A DNA stretch of 64,000 nt from a virus, in the IMG/VR virus record IMGVR_UViG_3300008261_000042; one strand, written 5' to 3'. A program made the position numbers and the translations under genes. Positions within the stretch are counted from its first letter, which is position 1; the number at the start of each line of letters is the position of its first letter. This document shows positions 20,932 to 29,079 of the stretch, in pieces. The notes beneath the pieces are model-generated. The model was not told where the DNA came from and made no database searches. It saw nothing but the letters and a program-made list of their open reading frames with translations.

Positions 20932-20960
20932 ATTCTACTGGGTTTCTTGAGATCTGTCAA
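20932..20960 (-). promoter_or_regulatory. Leftward sigma70-type promoter, antisense to the tail operon
   Basis: On the minus strand: TTGACA (20955-20960), a 17 nt spacer, then TAGAAT (20932-20937). Confidence 0.6.
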
Positions 20961-21017
20961 GTCCAGTTACCAAACCGACACACGGGGGTTGACAGCCCCC
21001 TTTTTTCATGCCATACT
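20961..21017 (+). promoter_or_regulatory. Early promoter with degenerate upstream palindrome
   Basis: GTCCAGTTaccaAACCGACACA, then TTGACA (20989), 17 nt spacer, TG-C-CATACT (21012). Confidence 0.75.
20984..21006 (+). terminator. Rho-independent terminator overlapping the -35 box
   Basis: GGGGGTT-GAC-AGCCCCC followed by TTTTTT. Confidence 0.75.
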
Positions 21018-21039
21018 AACGACATCCAAACGCACTCCC

Positions 21040-22266
21040 ATGAAACTTCGTCCCCACCAAGAACGAGCACTCGCCGCCATGACTCGCCACCAGTTCGGTC
21101 AGATCATTGCTCCGACTGGTGCTGGCAAGACCTTGATCATGATTTTTGACATCATGCGTCGTATGCGTGAGGCTACCACACCACAGACTATTGTTGTCTG
21201 TGCTCCTCGTATTCTTCTTGCAGAACAGCTATCTAGTGAGTTTCTTGAGTTTATTGATAATGCTAACGTTCTTCACGTTCACAGTGGAGAAACGCACCAC
21301 AAAAGCACAACTAACCCGCAGGTAATTGCTGCTTGGGATTCTATTGTTGACAACCACAAATTAATCTTTACCACATACAATTCTCTCCGTCGTGTGAACG
21401 AGTCGGGTATTCACCTTGATGTTGCTTACTACGACGAAGCTCACAACGCTACCAAAAAGAATTTTATTGTCAGTGTTGGTGAGTGTTGTGCTACTAATTA
21501 CTACTACTTTACTGCCACTCCTAAGCATAGTCGTTCTCCTTATGGCAATGGCATGAATAACAAAATTGTGTTTGGAGAAATCATTTCTAACATTTCTGCT
21601 CCCGAACTTGTTGAGCAAGGCAATATCCTTTCTCCAACTATTGAAGTTCATGAAGTAGATTACGAACGCCAGAAGGGTCTCAGTGCTGCTGACAACGACC
21701 ACAGCACCCTGCTCGATATGATCGACGGACTGGACTCTAGAAACGCCCAGAAGGTGCTTGTAGCCGCTCCTAGCAGTAAAGTACTGTGGCAGATGCTTTC
21801 TCGCACCACGGTCATTGCAGACCTTGCTGAGCGTGGCTATGATGTTCTTCACATCACCAGCAAGTTCGGTGCCTATGTCAATGGCACTAAAGTAAATCGT
21901 GAGACATTCTTCGACACCTTTAACACATGGGGTCAACAACCCGAGCGGAAGTTTATTATCTTCCACTACAGCATTCTGTCTGAAGGTATCAACGTTCACG
22001 GTCTGACTCATACAATTCTTCTTCGCAACCTTCCTGTTGTTGAGATGGCACAAACTATTGGTCGTGTCATTCGTCTCAACAAAGAAGACGCTAAAGATAT
22101 TGCTGCTGGTAAGATTGAAGCAGGCAACTTCCAAATGTATCGCAAACCAACTGGTTTTGTGACTGTGCCTGTGTTCAAAAACTACGGTAAGAAAACTCAG
22201 CGTCGTCTGGAAGAAGTTGTAGACACCATCTTTGTCAAAGGTCAACCCGCTATCGATGTTCGTTAA
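21040..22266 (+). CDS. SF2 DEAH-box helicase (type III restriction Res-like family)
   Basis: LRPHQ Q-motif, APTGAGKT Walker A, DEAH, TAT motif III, LSEGIN and QTIGRVIR motif VI. Start taken as the ATG at 21040, downstream of the promoter. Confidence 0.92.
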   Translation: MKLRPHQERALAAMTRHQFGQIIAPTGAGKTLIMIFDIMRRMREATTPQTIVVCAPRILLAEQLSSEFLEFIDNANVLHVHSGETHHKSTTNPQVIAAWDSIVDNHKLIFTTYNSLRRVNESGIHLDVAYYDEAHNATKKNFIVSVGECCATNYYYFTATPKHSRSPYGNGMNNKIVFGEIISNISAPELVEQGNILSPTIEVHEVDYERQKGLSAADNDHSTLLDMIDGLDSRNAQKVLVAAPSSKVLWQMLSRTTVIADLAERGYDVLHITSKFGAYVNGTKVNRETFFDTFNTWGQQPERKFIIFHYSILSEGINVHGLTHTILLRNLPVVEMAQTIGRVIRLNKEDAKDIAAGKIEAGNFQMYRKPTGFVTVPVFKNYGKKTQRRLEEVVDTIFVKGQPAIDVR

Positions 22267-22268
22267 TT

Positions 22269-22520
22269 ATGGCTACCACAAAACAACAAACTAAAGAAGA
22301 ATTTCTTTGCCCTGCTCCAGCTATTAATCCAGAAACAGACATGAGTTTTTTGGAGCTTGCTCTAACCAACAATTTAAATAACTTTGTAACTCATGCTGGA
22401 TACATCAACTCGATGGTAATCGGCGGTAAAATGAAAGCAGAAGAAGGTTACGAAGAAATCAAAAAGCTTTACAAAGCTATGAAATCGTCACGTAAATCAC
22501 TGCGAGGATCGTGGTTTTAA
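22269..22520 (+). CDS. Hypothetical cyanophage protein
   Basis: 83 aa ORF, tightly packed with its neighbours. Confidence 0.7.
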   Translation: MATTKQQTKEEFLCPAPAINPETDMSFLELALTNNLNNFVTHAGYINSMVIGGKMKAEEGYEEIKKLYKAMKSSRKSLRGSWF

Positions 22521-22547
22521 CCTAAATACCTCAGACGCAAACAAATT

Positions 22548-22865
22548 ATGCTCTCGACCGAAACTCGTCTTCGCCTAGAAGATATTGCTGCAAGGATTCA
22601 AGGTGGTCTAAGTGTTTCTTTTGAAGAAATGCAATGGGCACAGAAGTGGGCAACTCACAATAAAAGTGCAGAAGCAATTCTAAGAAAGGCGAGGAGGATA
22701 GCAATTCAGGGAGAAGCACCTAAAGGTAGTTTAGATGAATTGATGCAGGGATTAGATATTGGTGACCCAGACCCTTCAAATCATCTGATTGGTCCTCAAG
22801 ACCCTACCACACTTGCTGAGTGGTTTAAACAAGATAAATCAGATGATTGGAGGCAAAGAGACTGA
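22548..22865 (+). CDS. Conserved hypothetical cyanophage protein
   Basis: MLST..RLRLE...GDPDPSNH...WRQRD pattern, preceded by a late-like CTAAATA. Confidence 0.75.
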   Translation: MLSTETRLRLEDIAARIQGGLSVSFEEMQWAQKWATHNKSAEAILRKARRIAIQGEAPKGSLDELMQGLDIGDPDPSNHLIGPQDPTTLAEWFKQDKSDDWRQRD

Positions 22866-23125
22866 TGTTGTATTACTATGCTATATTCACGGTATTTGCT
22901 ATAGTATGTTACATGATTGTCGTTGATAAAAATGTAGCTATATTCATAGAGCTTATGGTACGCTTTGCTTGGGTTCAAGTAAAACGTGCATGGTGGATTG
23001 TTAGGTTTCATCCAATCAATCCAATTCCACGCTGGACATTGAACTGGCGTATCGAACGCATGACTCGACAACTTGAAAAGGACTTAAAAGATGACTCATT
23101 ACGACAAACTGATCGACACGATTAA
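22865..23125 (+). CDS. Small membrane protein
   Basis: TGATG coupling and a hydrophobic N-terminus. Confidence 0.65.
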   Translation: MLYYYAIFTVFAIVCYMIVVDKNVAIFIELMVRFAWVQVKRAWWIVRFHPINPIPRWTLNWRIERMTRQLEKDLKDDSLRQTDRHD

Positions 23126-23267
23126 GCAAGAGCTATGGGAATTTTATGGTGATGTTGCCGTGTGGGATGAACAAAGAGCAGAAGTAGCAGCACACCGCAT
23201 CCTTGAGCATGTAGAAGAATTCCAAACAATTCGTAGTTTAGGTAAGCAATGGAGGGCAAGTGACTGA
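23091..23267 (+). CDS. Hypothetical protein (58 aa)
   Basis: Translated by hand: MTHYDKLIDTIKQELW...WRASD. It ends inside GTGACTGA. Confidence 0.6.
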   Translation: MTHYDKLIDTIKQELWEFYGDVAVWDEQRAEVAAHRILEHVEEFQTIRSLGKQWRASD

Positions 23268-23850
23268 ATATAATAAATTAAGTGATTTTTATTACATCAA
23301 AGAAGATGCTTTAACAGAAGAATTTTGTCAACACTGTATTAAAAAATTCAAATTAGATCCTAATAAGACACAAGGGAAAACTGGTGGAGGGGTAATTTTA
23401 GATATAAAACAATCTACTGATATTAATATATCTAAATTTGATACCTGGAAAGAAGAGGATCAAACTTTTTTTGATTCCCTGACAAAAGCTTTGAATGAAT
23501 ATAGAGATTTACATAAAAGAAAGCTACTTTGGTTAAATACTGATAGGTATGATGATCATGGCTATCAGATACAGGAAACTCTTCCAGGTGGATTTTACAA
23601 GTGGCATCATGACTTTTTTTCTACGGAAAAACAAGCAAGATTTTTAACTTATCTTTGGTATTTAAATACAGTGGAAGAGGGTGGACATACCGAATTTATT
23701 GATGGTACAAAAATCCAACCAGAGACAGGTAAACTTATTATATTTCCTGCTGCTTGGCCATTTTATCATCAAGGAACTCCTCCAATAAAACAAACCAAAT
23801 ATGTTTGTACTGGATGGATATACTTAGATTCTTCTTTTCCAAATTCTTAA
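23260..23850 (+). CDS. 2OG-Fe(II) oxygenase (prolyl 4-hydroxylase-like)
   Basis: YKWHHD (HxD), YLNTVEEGGHTEF, GKLIIFPA..FYHQG and KYVCTGW. Confidence 0.9.
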   Translation: MTEYNKLSDFYYIKEDALTEEFCQHCIKKFKLDPNKTQGKTGGGVILDIKQSTDINISKFDTWKEEDQTFFDSLTKALNEYRDLHKRKLLWLNTDRYDDHGYQIQETLPGGFYKWHHDFFSTEKQARFLTYLWYLNTVEEGGHTEFIDGTKIQPETGKLIIFPAAWPFYHQGTPPIKQTKYVCTGWIYLDSSFPNS

Positions 23851-23851
23851 A

Positions 23852-24061
23852 ATGGACAAATTACATTCTGGTATAACAGTCAGATATATTGGCTGCTCTC
23901 AAGAACAAATTAATTGGGGCAGTAATGATGATCCAAGAGATATGTTAATTGTTGGTGATAAGTATTACATTGAACATGTAGAGCATCATGCTTATCATAC
24001 TAAAATAGAACTTCGTGGTGTAAAGGGTAAATTTAATTCTGTTTGTTTTGAATTATTGTAA
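23852..24061 (+). CDS. Hypothetical protein
   Basis: 69 aa ORF ending in FNSVCFE. Confidence 0.7.
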   Translation: MDKLHSGITVRYIGCSQEQINWGSNDDPRDMLIVGDKYYIEHVEHHAYHTKIELRGVKGKFNSVCFELL

Positions 24062-24063
24062 TT

Positions 24064-24339
24064 ATGACTGAAATTCATTTATTTGTGCAAGAAGGTTGTC
24101 GCCCTTGCATGTATGCCGAAACACAACTCAAGAAAGTAGAAGGATGGGAGAATGTTGTGACCATCACCAATGCTAAGCAGAATGGTGTGTGGTCTGACTT
24201 TGCTCGTGACTGTGGTGTTGATGCCACACCAACGCTCGTGGCATTGACGGATGGCGTGATCATTGCTAAAATGGCAGGGTCTCAGCACATGACTTCTGAT
24301 TTCTGGAGGACTACGGTAGAAAAGCATGGGAATGTTTGA
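24064..24339 (+). CDS. Thioredoxin/glutaredoxin-like protein
   Basis: CRPC redox motif and the cis-Pro motif GVDATPTLV. Confidence 0.8.
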   Translation: MTEIHLFVQEGCRPCMYAETQLKKVEGWENVVTITNAKQNGVWSDFARDCGVDATPTLVALTDGVIIAKMAGSQHMTSDFWRTTVEKHGNV

Positions 24340-24721
24340 TTATTTTCGCTCATCGTATGATTTGGGTGAACCATTTACTAATGTAGTGTGCCAAACCAAA
24401 GACATTGAAGATGGTCTTGGTGGTACAATGACTGACTACTGGTTAGATCCAGCTGGTCAGTTGTGGTATCCTGATTATAGAGGCGCAAGCACATACGAGG
24501 AAATTAAAGAGGATGATCCACGTTATGATCCTAAAAAACTATTTCTAAACTATGAATGGGTTCCAACTGGCAAGCATGGTAAATATGTGCCACACCATAT
24601 CACAAAATATGTTGAAGTATATCCTGAATGGTGGAAAGGAAAATGGGAAGATTGGCCACGGTGCCGATTGCATTTTAGATCTGGCAAACTACAAGATTTT
24701 CAGGATGTGACAGGACGATGA
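24326..24721 (+). CDS. Conserved hypothetical phage protein
   Basis: MGMFDY...QTKD pattern, 131 aa. Confidence 0.75.
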   Translation: MGMFDYFRSSYDLGEPFTNVVCQTKDIEDGLGGTMTDYWLDPAGQLWYPDYRGASTYEEIKEDDPRYDPKKLFLNYEWVPTGKHGKYVPHHITKYVEVYPEWWKGKWEDWPRCRLHFRSGKLQDFQDVTGR

Positions 24722-25092
24722 TTTTTTCACGAGAAGTTAAAGGAACATCACCAAACAAACCTAAAATGAGTTGGTGGGACTATTGGATTGGTCACTGCTG
24801 GTTTACTGGCTGGCAGAGCATCAATCATTCATTCCGTAACTGGGGTGATTTGATGACTGGAAACTGGAAGGATTATGCTCTCATGTTTTATGATGATCCT
24901 TTTGAAGAATGTCGTGATTGCTTCTGGTCTTATCTTGGTGATGATGATACACTACCAAAAGAGTTTCTGGAACATCTACAAGAAATGGTAGATCGTATTG
25001 ATCGTGGGGAAGAAAAACTTATTCCTATGGATTTAGACCAACTGAAACGCATGTCAGATCTTTTAGATAATCAGGAGTCAAATGATGAGTGA
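24718..25092 (+). CDS. Hypothetical protein (Trp-rich)
   Basis: 124 aa ORF with ATGA overlap. Confidence 0.7.
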   Translation: MIFSREVKGTSPNKPKMSWWDYWIGHCWFTGWQSINHSFRNWGDLMTGNWKDYALMFYDDPFEECRDCFWSYLGDDDTLPKEFLEHLQEMVDRIDRGEEKLIPMDLDQLKRMSDLLDNQESNDE

Positions 25093-25291
25093 TAGAGCAC
25101 AAAAATTAATGGATGCTATTTGGCACGAGCGTAACACATGGGCAGATACCGAGCAAAAGCTGGTTGCTGCCGTCATCCGCAAGACCTTGGAACATGTGAA
25201 AACCATGACAGCAGCAAAGCTTAACAACTTGACAGTGGTTGACCGAGGTGATATGATGGCACTGTCCAAAGAGATTGAGACCCTGAAATGA
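25082..25291 (+). CDS. Hypothetical protein
   Basis: Part of the overlapping ORF chain. Confidence 0.65.
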   Translation: MMSDRAQKLMDAIWHERNTWADTEQKLVAAVIRKTLEHVKTMTAAKLNNLTVVDRGDMMALSKEIETLK

Positions 25292-25449
25292 TCAAACCCA
25301 TCGACAAAACCCACTGGGAAGATCTTTATGCTCGTCTGCACGATGCTTATGCTGAGTGTTTGAAACACAACAACCCCACATATGAACAGAAGCTAGCACA
25401 GGTTCTGGATCATATGATTGTAAACAAAAAACATCTTTACATCCGATGA
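25288..25449 (+). CDS. Hypothetical protein (53 aa)
   Basis: Translated by hand: MIKPIDKTHWEDLY...HLYIR. ATGA overlaps at both ends. Confidence 0.65.
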   Translation: MIKPIDKTHWEDLYARLHDAYAECLKHNNPTYEQKLAQVLDHMIVNKKHLYIR

Positions 25450-25631
25450 CTTACCACATCACTAAAGAAATTAAAATTATTGACTATGAAGATGGTTTCA
25501 GTTATGATTTCTCCGCTGATGAGTATGGAACTGTTCGCTTTGGTGATGGGAATGGTGCAACTTGTCAGACCATTCACATTCCCAAAGATTGTATCCAACA
25601 TGTAATTGATGTATTGGAGCAATTCAAATGA
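25446..25631 (+). CDS. Hypothetical protein
   Basis: ATGA overlaps at both ends. Confidence 0.65.
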   Translation: MTYHITKEIKIIDYEDGFSYDFSADEYGTVRFGDGNGATCQTIHIPKDCIQHVIDVLEQFK

Positions 25632-25810
25632 CTGTTGCTGAATGGATTGAAAAACTCAAAGAGTTTCCACTTGACCAAGAAGTAAGGATTACAGATGGGC
25701 ACAAATATCACTTTTATGAAGGTGATTTTGATTTTCAACTCTTTGAGGATGTTGATGGTTCTACCTTTGTAGATATTGGTATTGGTGGATTTGAGGAGGA
25801 TGAAGAATGA
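25628..25810 (+). CDS. Small acidic hypothetical protein
   Basis: MTVAEWIEKLKEFP N-terminus, ATGA overlaps. Confidence 0.65.
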   Translation: MTVAEWIEKLKEFPLDQEVRITDGHKYHFYEGDFDFQLFEDVDGSTFVDIGIGGFEEDEE

Positions 25811-26016
25811 CCTACGACGAACTCTACGAGCATGTGGTAAAGTATGTTGCTATGCCACATACTGCTATCACAAAGCATGATAAACGCCGTGCCTGTCTCA
25901 TTCTGGGAGCATTCATGGAGTTTATGTTAGATTGCGATGACGCTGGCATCATTGTCAGTGACATTGATATGACTGATTTTGTGAATGAAAAACTCGATCA
26001 ACTGGAGGCTAAATGA
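25807..26016 (+). CDS. Hypothetical protein
   Basis: ATGA overlaps. Confidence 0.65.
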   Translation: MTYDELYEHVVKYVAMPHTAITKHDKRRACLILGAFMEFMLDCDDAGIIVSDIDMTDFVNEKLDQLEAK

Positions 26017-26321
26017 GTTTCACCAAGACCATTTCAACTGTTGCTGCTCTTGCAAGTATCTTTGGTGCTGCTGCTGCTGGATGGAAACTTACTGAAGCAA
26101 ATTCACAACAACCACCAACTGTATTAGATCAGAAACTAAATGAGTTGGATCAAAAACTGGAAGATCTTTCTAAGACAGCTCCTGTTCCAGAACCAGAGCC
26201 AGAGCCACTGCCAGAGCCAGTTGCAGAACCTCCTGTGCTTGCTCCAGAGCCAAAACCTGCTATGATGCCACCTGTAGCACCTCCTCCCCCACCTGCACCG
26301 ACCACAAATGGCACTAATTGA
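26013..26321 (+). CDS. Membrane-anchored or secreted coiled-coil, Pro-rich protein
   Basis: Hydrophobic N-terminus, a heptad segment and a PEPEPEP/PPPP tail. Confidence 0.7.
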   Translation: MSFTKTISTVAALASIFGAAAAGWKLTEANSQQPPTVLDQKLNELDQKLEDLSKTAPVPEPEPEPLPEPVAEPPVLAPEPKPAMMPPVAPPPPPAPTTNGTN

Positions 26322-26502
26322 TACTCTAAACTTTTTCATTCAAGATCAAGAAGGTCATCTTCAGTGTCTTGAATGGGACATTCGTGAGGAAACTAATCAA
26401 GAAAATCCAGATCTTGATTGGTATTGTGAGGAATATGATCTATGTAAAGAACGTATAGAAGATCTCCAACAAATCAAATTTATTATTGAGGCACAACAAT
26501 GA
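26308..26502 (+). CDS. Small acidic hypothetical protein
   Basis: 64 aa ORF in the chain. Confidence 0.65.
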   Translation: MALIDTLNFFIQDQEGHLQCLEWDIREETNQENPDLDWYCEEYDLCKERIEDLQQIKFIIEAQQ

Positions 26503-26849
26503 GCGGCGGACATTTTGGTGACTGCGGTTATGATTACTACAAGGTAGCACAGTTTGCTGATGAGTTGGAAGTAGAAATCCAAAACAACAACAAAAAGCTA
26601 GATGAGTATGAGTATGCTCCCAATTTTTCACCAGAAACTATCAAGTATTTAAGGAAGCAACTTCGTCAGATGCGTAAGGTATCAGAAATCATGCGTCATA
26701 TTGATTATCTGTATTCTGGTGATCATGGTGAAGATAGTTTTATGTATCGTGTAAAAGAAGTGGAGAAACACTGGGAGGAGATTGAAGAGATAGTTACACG
26801 TATGGATAATCATCCAGATGGATGGAATGAAACTGGAGACGGAGTATGA
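26499..26849 (+). CDS. Conserved hypothetical phage protein
   Basis: MSGGHF...IDYLYSGDHGEDSF pattern. Confidence 0.75.
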   Translation: MSGGHFGDCGYDYYKVAQFADELEVEIQNNNKKLDEYEYAPNFSPETIKYLRKQLRQMRKVSEIMRHIDYLYSGDHGEDSFMYRVKEVEKHWEEIEEIVTRMDNHPDGWNETGDGV

Positions 26850-27052
26850 CTGATAAAACTAAACTACTTAAAATGGTTGAAGATGCTATCGACCGATCAC
26901 CAGATAACAGTGAGATTATGGCACAGAATGTGATTGATGCTACTGCTGACTGGTTTGTGATTGTGTTAGAATCTATGGGCATCCAACCATCCTCCATCCC
27001 AACTCTGCTACGATGGCAAGCACACCAACACGAGTATCTTACCGATGACTGA
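26846..27052 (+). CDS. Hypothetical protein
   Basis: Starts and ends within ATGACTGA junctions. Confidence 0.65.
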   Translation: MTDKTKLLKMVEDAIDRSPDNSEIMAQNVIDATADWFVIVLESMGIQPSSIPTLLRWQAHQHEYLTDD

Positions 27053-27338
27053 CCTTGACGATCTTTTAAAACCAGAAAACAAGTTTGTTGTTCCAGTAAC
27101 AGTTGAACTTTCAAGTTATGACCAAGTAAAACTGCGAAAGTTCATCAACCTTCATTATCTTGGTGATGTGGATGCTAATGAATTTGTAGATGGAACTTAC
27201 AAAGCAAAGTATCCAGAGAAAGAAACTACAGAGTTCCAGAATGCAGTATGGAAAACTAATGTTGGTTATACAGTAAATCTTGCTGTAGAGTTTGATGAAA
27301 AAGGTGTCCCTACATTTGAGGTTGTGAAAAATGGTTGA
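27045..27338 (+). CDS. Hypothetical protein
   Basis: 97 aa, with 8 nt overlaps at both ends. Confidence 0.7.
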   Translation: MTDLDDLLKPENKFVVPVTVELSSYDQVKLRKFINLHYLGDVDANEFVDGTYKAKYPEKETTEFQNAVWKTNVGYTVNLAVEFDEKGVPTFEVVKNG

Positions 27339-27516
27339 GAAGGTAAAATTTGTATCTGTCACTCGTGTAATTGACGACCGCAAAGGTATTCATTATCTTG
27401 ATGCTATTGATGAGAATGGACATCACTGGACAGCAGAGATGGATAATAAACAAGAGAAATGGTTAGTGTATTATAAACTGTGGACTAAAGACCCTCAACA
27501 ACCTTATGACCTATGA
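27331..27516 (+). CDS. Hypothetical protein
   Basis: 61 aa ORF in the chain. Confidence 0.65.
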   Translation: MVEKVKFVSVTRVIDDRKGIHYLDAIDENGHHWTAEMDNKQEKWLVYYKLWTKDPQQPYDL

Positions 27517-27614
27517 CTGAATGTGTTTCTGACCCTACAACTTGGATTGATGTTGCCCAACTTGCAGTTTTTATGGTTCCTGTCTCTATTTTTCTTTGGA
27601 GAGTATCACAATAA
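27513..27614 (+). CDS. 33 aa single-TM microprotein
   Basis: MTECVSDPTTWIDVAQLAVFMVPVSIFLWRVSQ, coupled by ATGA upstream and TAATG downstream. Confidence 0.55.
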   Translation: MTECVSDPTTWIDVAQLAVFMVPVSIFLWRVSQ

Positions 27615-27826
27615 TGACTGACCTCAAACTCTGTAAAGATTGTAAGTGGTATAAGAAAGATTGGAATGCTCGTATCACTGGATTTGGAGACACATTTGAC
27701 TTATGCCTTCATCCTCTTGTGACTGAAAATGTTGTGACTGGAAAATCTAATGGTAAGTATTGTGATCAGGCGAGAAAGTATTATGGATGTGGTATGGAAG
27801 GTAAGTATTGGGAGGCACGGAAATGA
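27614..27826 (+). CDS. Cys-rich, putative Zn-binding small protein
   Basis: CKDCKW...C..HP...C...R...CG.EGKYW. Confidence 0.7.
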   Translation: MTDLKLCKDCKWYKKDWNARITGFGDTFDLCLHPLVTENVVTGKSNGKYCDQARKYYGCGMEGKYWEARK

Positions 27827-27993
27827 TTGAAATTGAAAAGCAGTATAAACTCACACTCGCAGAAGACCAAGCACGACAACTCCATTCTATGCTAAAAGCT
27901 AATAAGGAACTATTGGATATTGGGTCTGGGTATGATGAACTGCGACCACTTTATCGGGAACTAAAAGAACTCTTTGATAATGGAATACGATGA
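27823..27993 (+). CDS. Hypothetical protein
   Basis: GGAGG RBS and ATGA overlaps. Confidence 0.65.
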   Translation: MIEIEKQYKLTLAEDQARQLHSMLKANKELLDIGSGYDELRPLYRELKELFDNGIR

Positions 27994-28253
27994 CTGAATG
28001 GAAATCAACTGAAATCAACGAAGGACAACCAATAAATCCTGAATTGACGGTAGATCCTGAATGGTATAAAACTAAATTCCCAGACTATCAACTCATCACA
28101 CCAAAGATATCTAATTGGACTTGTTATCTATTTGGTGGTACTCCTGGTAATGGTATTCAATGGACACCACATGAAGGAAAAGTTCCTAATGCTTGGTATA
28201 GGTTCTGGATGAAAGTATTCTTTGATTGTAAATGGGTGAAATATGATGACTAA
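27990..28253 (+). CDS. Hypothetical protein
   Basis: 87 aa with an ATGACTGA start. Confidence 0.7.
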   Translation: MTEWKSTEINEGQPINPELTVDPEWYKTKFPDYQLITPKISNWTCYLFGGTPGNGIQWTPHEGKVPNAWYRFWMKVFFDCKWVKYDD

Positions 28254-28422
28254 CAGCGAAAAATTTGCACATCTCATCAAAGTTCTCAAAAATTACGCAC
28301 AACAACCAACTTGTTATAATCTAAATCCAGATTATGAATATCCACACCATAGTTGGGATATTTTTGAAGATGGTTCTGATTATGGTGAGATTATGTTTGC
28401 TCGCACATTATCCTTGGAGTGA
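28246..28422 (+). CDS. Hypothetical protein (58 aa)
   Basis: Translated by hand: MTNSEKFAHLIKVLK...DIFEDGSDYGEIMFARTLSLE. Overlaps the upstream gene as ATGACTAA. Confidence 0.6.
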   Translation: MTNSEKFAHLIKVLKNYAQQPTCYNLNPDYEYPHHSWDIFEDGSDYGEIMFARTLSLE

Positions 28423-28437
28423 TGAATTGGAGAACCT

Positions 28438-29079
28438 ATGACTGCTTGTAAATACTGGGATTGTGGTTGGTGTTATGCTCCTAATTATCTGAAAACAAAC
28501 GCAATCAACAGCACTTGTGTTAATCCCTACAAATGCCCTATCTCTCCTCTATCTGAACCAGTACAATACGAAACTCCTATGACTGAAATTGAAGAAGTAA
28601 AAGCACAAATCAAAGTGCTTGAAAAGAAACTCTCATTCCTTGAAGAACTGGAAAAAACAAAATCACGAGTAGAAGAAGCATACAAAGATTGGTGGGGTGA
28701 GTATCCTGAAACTGGAACAACTGCTTCTAATACTGATGATGCAAGGTGGTTGGGTTTCCAAGCAGGTTACAATGCTGCTTATGAAGAAAAGGTAAGTGAA
28801 ACCGCACAAGAACGAGGAGAACGAGTTCATAATGAAATGGAAGAAACTATCAAAATCCACGATGGTTATGGTGTAGTTGATTACACTACGATGACTGAAC
28901 GCAACTTTAAACAAGAACTTGTACATTCCTGTTATTATGACATGGAATATGGCCACGACAGCGAAACAATTGATTATGATTGTCTGATTGGTATTATCAC
29001 CGAGTTGTGTGATAGGATTGAAAAACTTGAGGACAAAGTAGATGAACTTAACCCTAACCCGAGATGGAGTTTGGATTGA
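28438..29079 (+). CDS. Hypothetical protein, apparent in-frame fusion of three small modules
   Basis: Internal in-frame ATGACTGA starts at 28579 and 28891. Confidence 0.7.
   Translation: MTACKYWDCGWCYAPNYLKTNAINSTCVNPYKCPISPLSEPVQYETPMTEIEEVKAQIKVLEKKLSFLEELEKTKSRVEEAYKDWWGEYPETGTTASNTDDARWLGFQAGYNAAYEEKVSETAQERGERVHNEMEETIKIHDGYGVVDYTTMTERNFKQELVHSCYYDMEYGHDSETIDYDCLIGIITELCDRIEKLEDKVDELNPNPRWSLD

Noticed and set aside
20947-21039. Track start of the helicase at TTG 20947
   Set aside because: It spans the promoter and terminator. The ATG at 21040 gives MKLRPHQ, the normal Q-motif start.
21361-22245. 294 aa minus-strand ORF
   Set aside because: It lies entirely antisense to the well-formed helicase and has no motifs or RBS.
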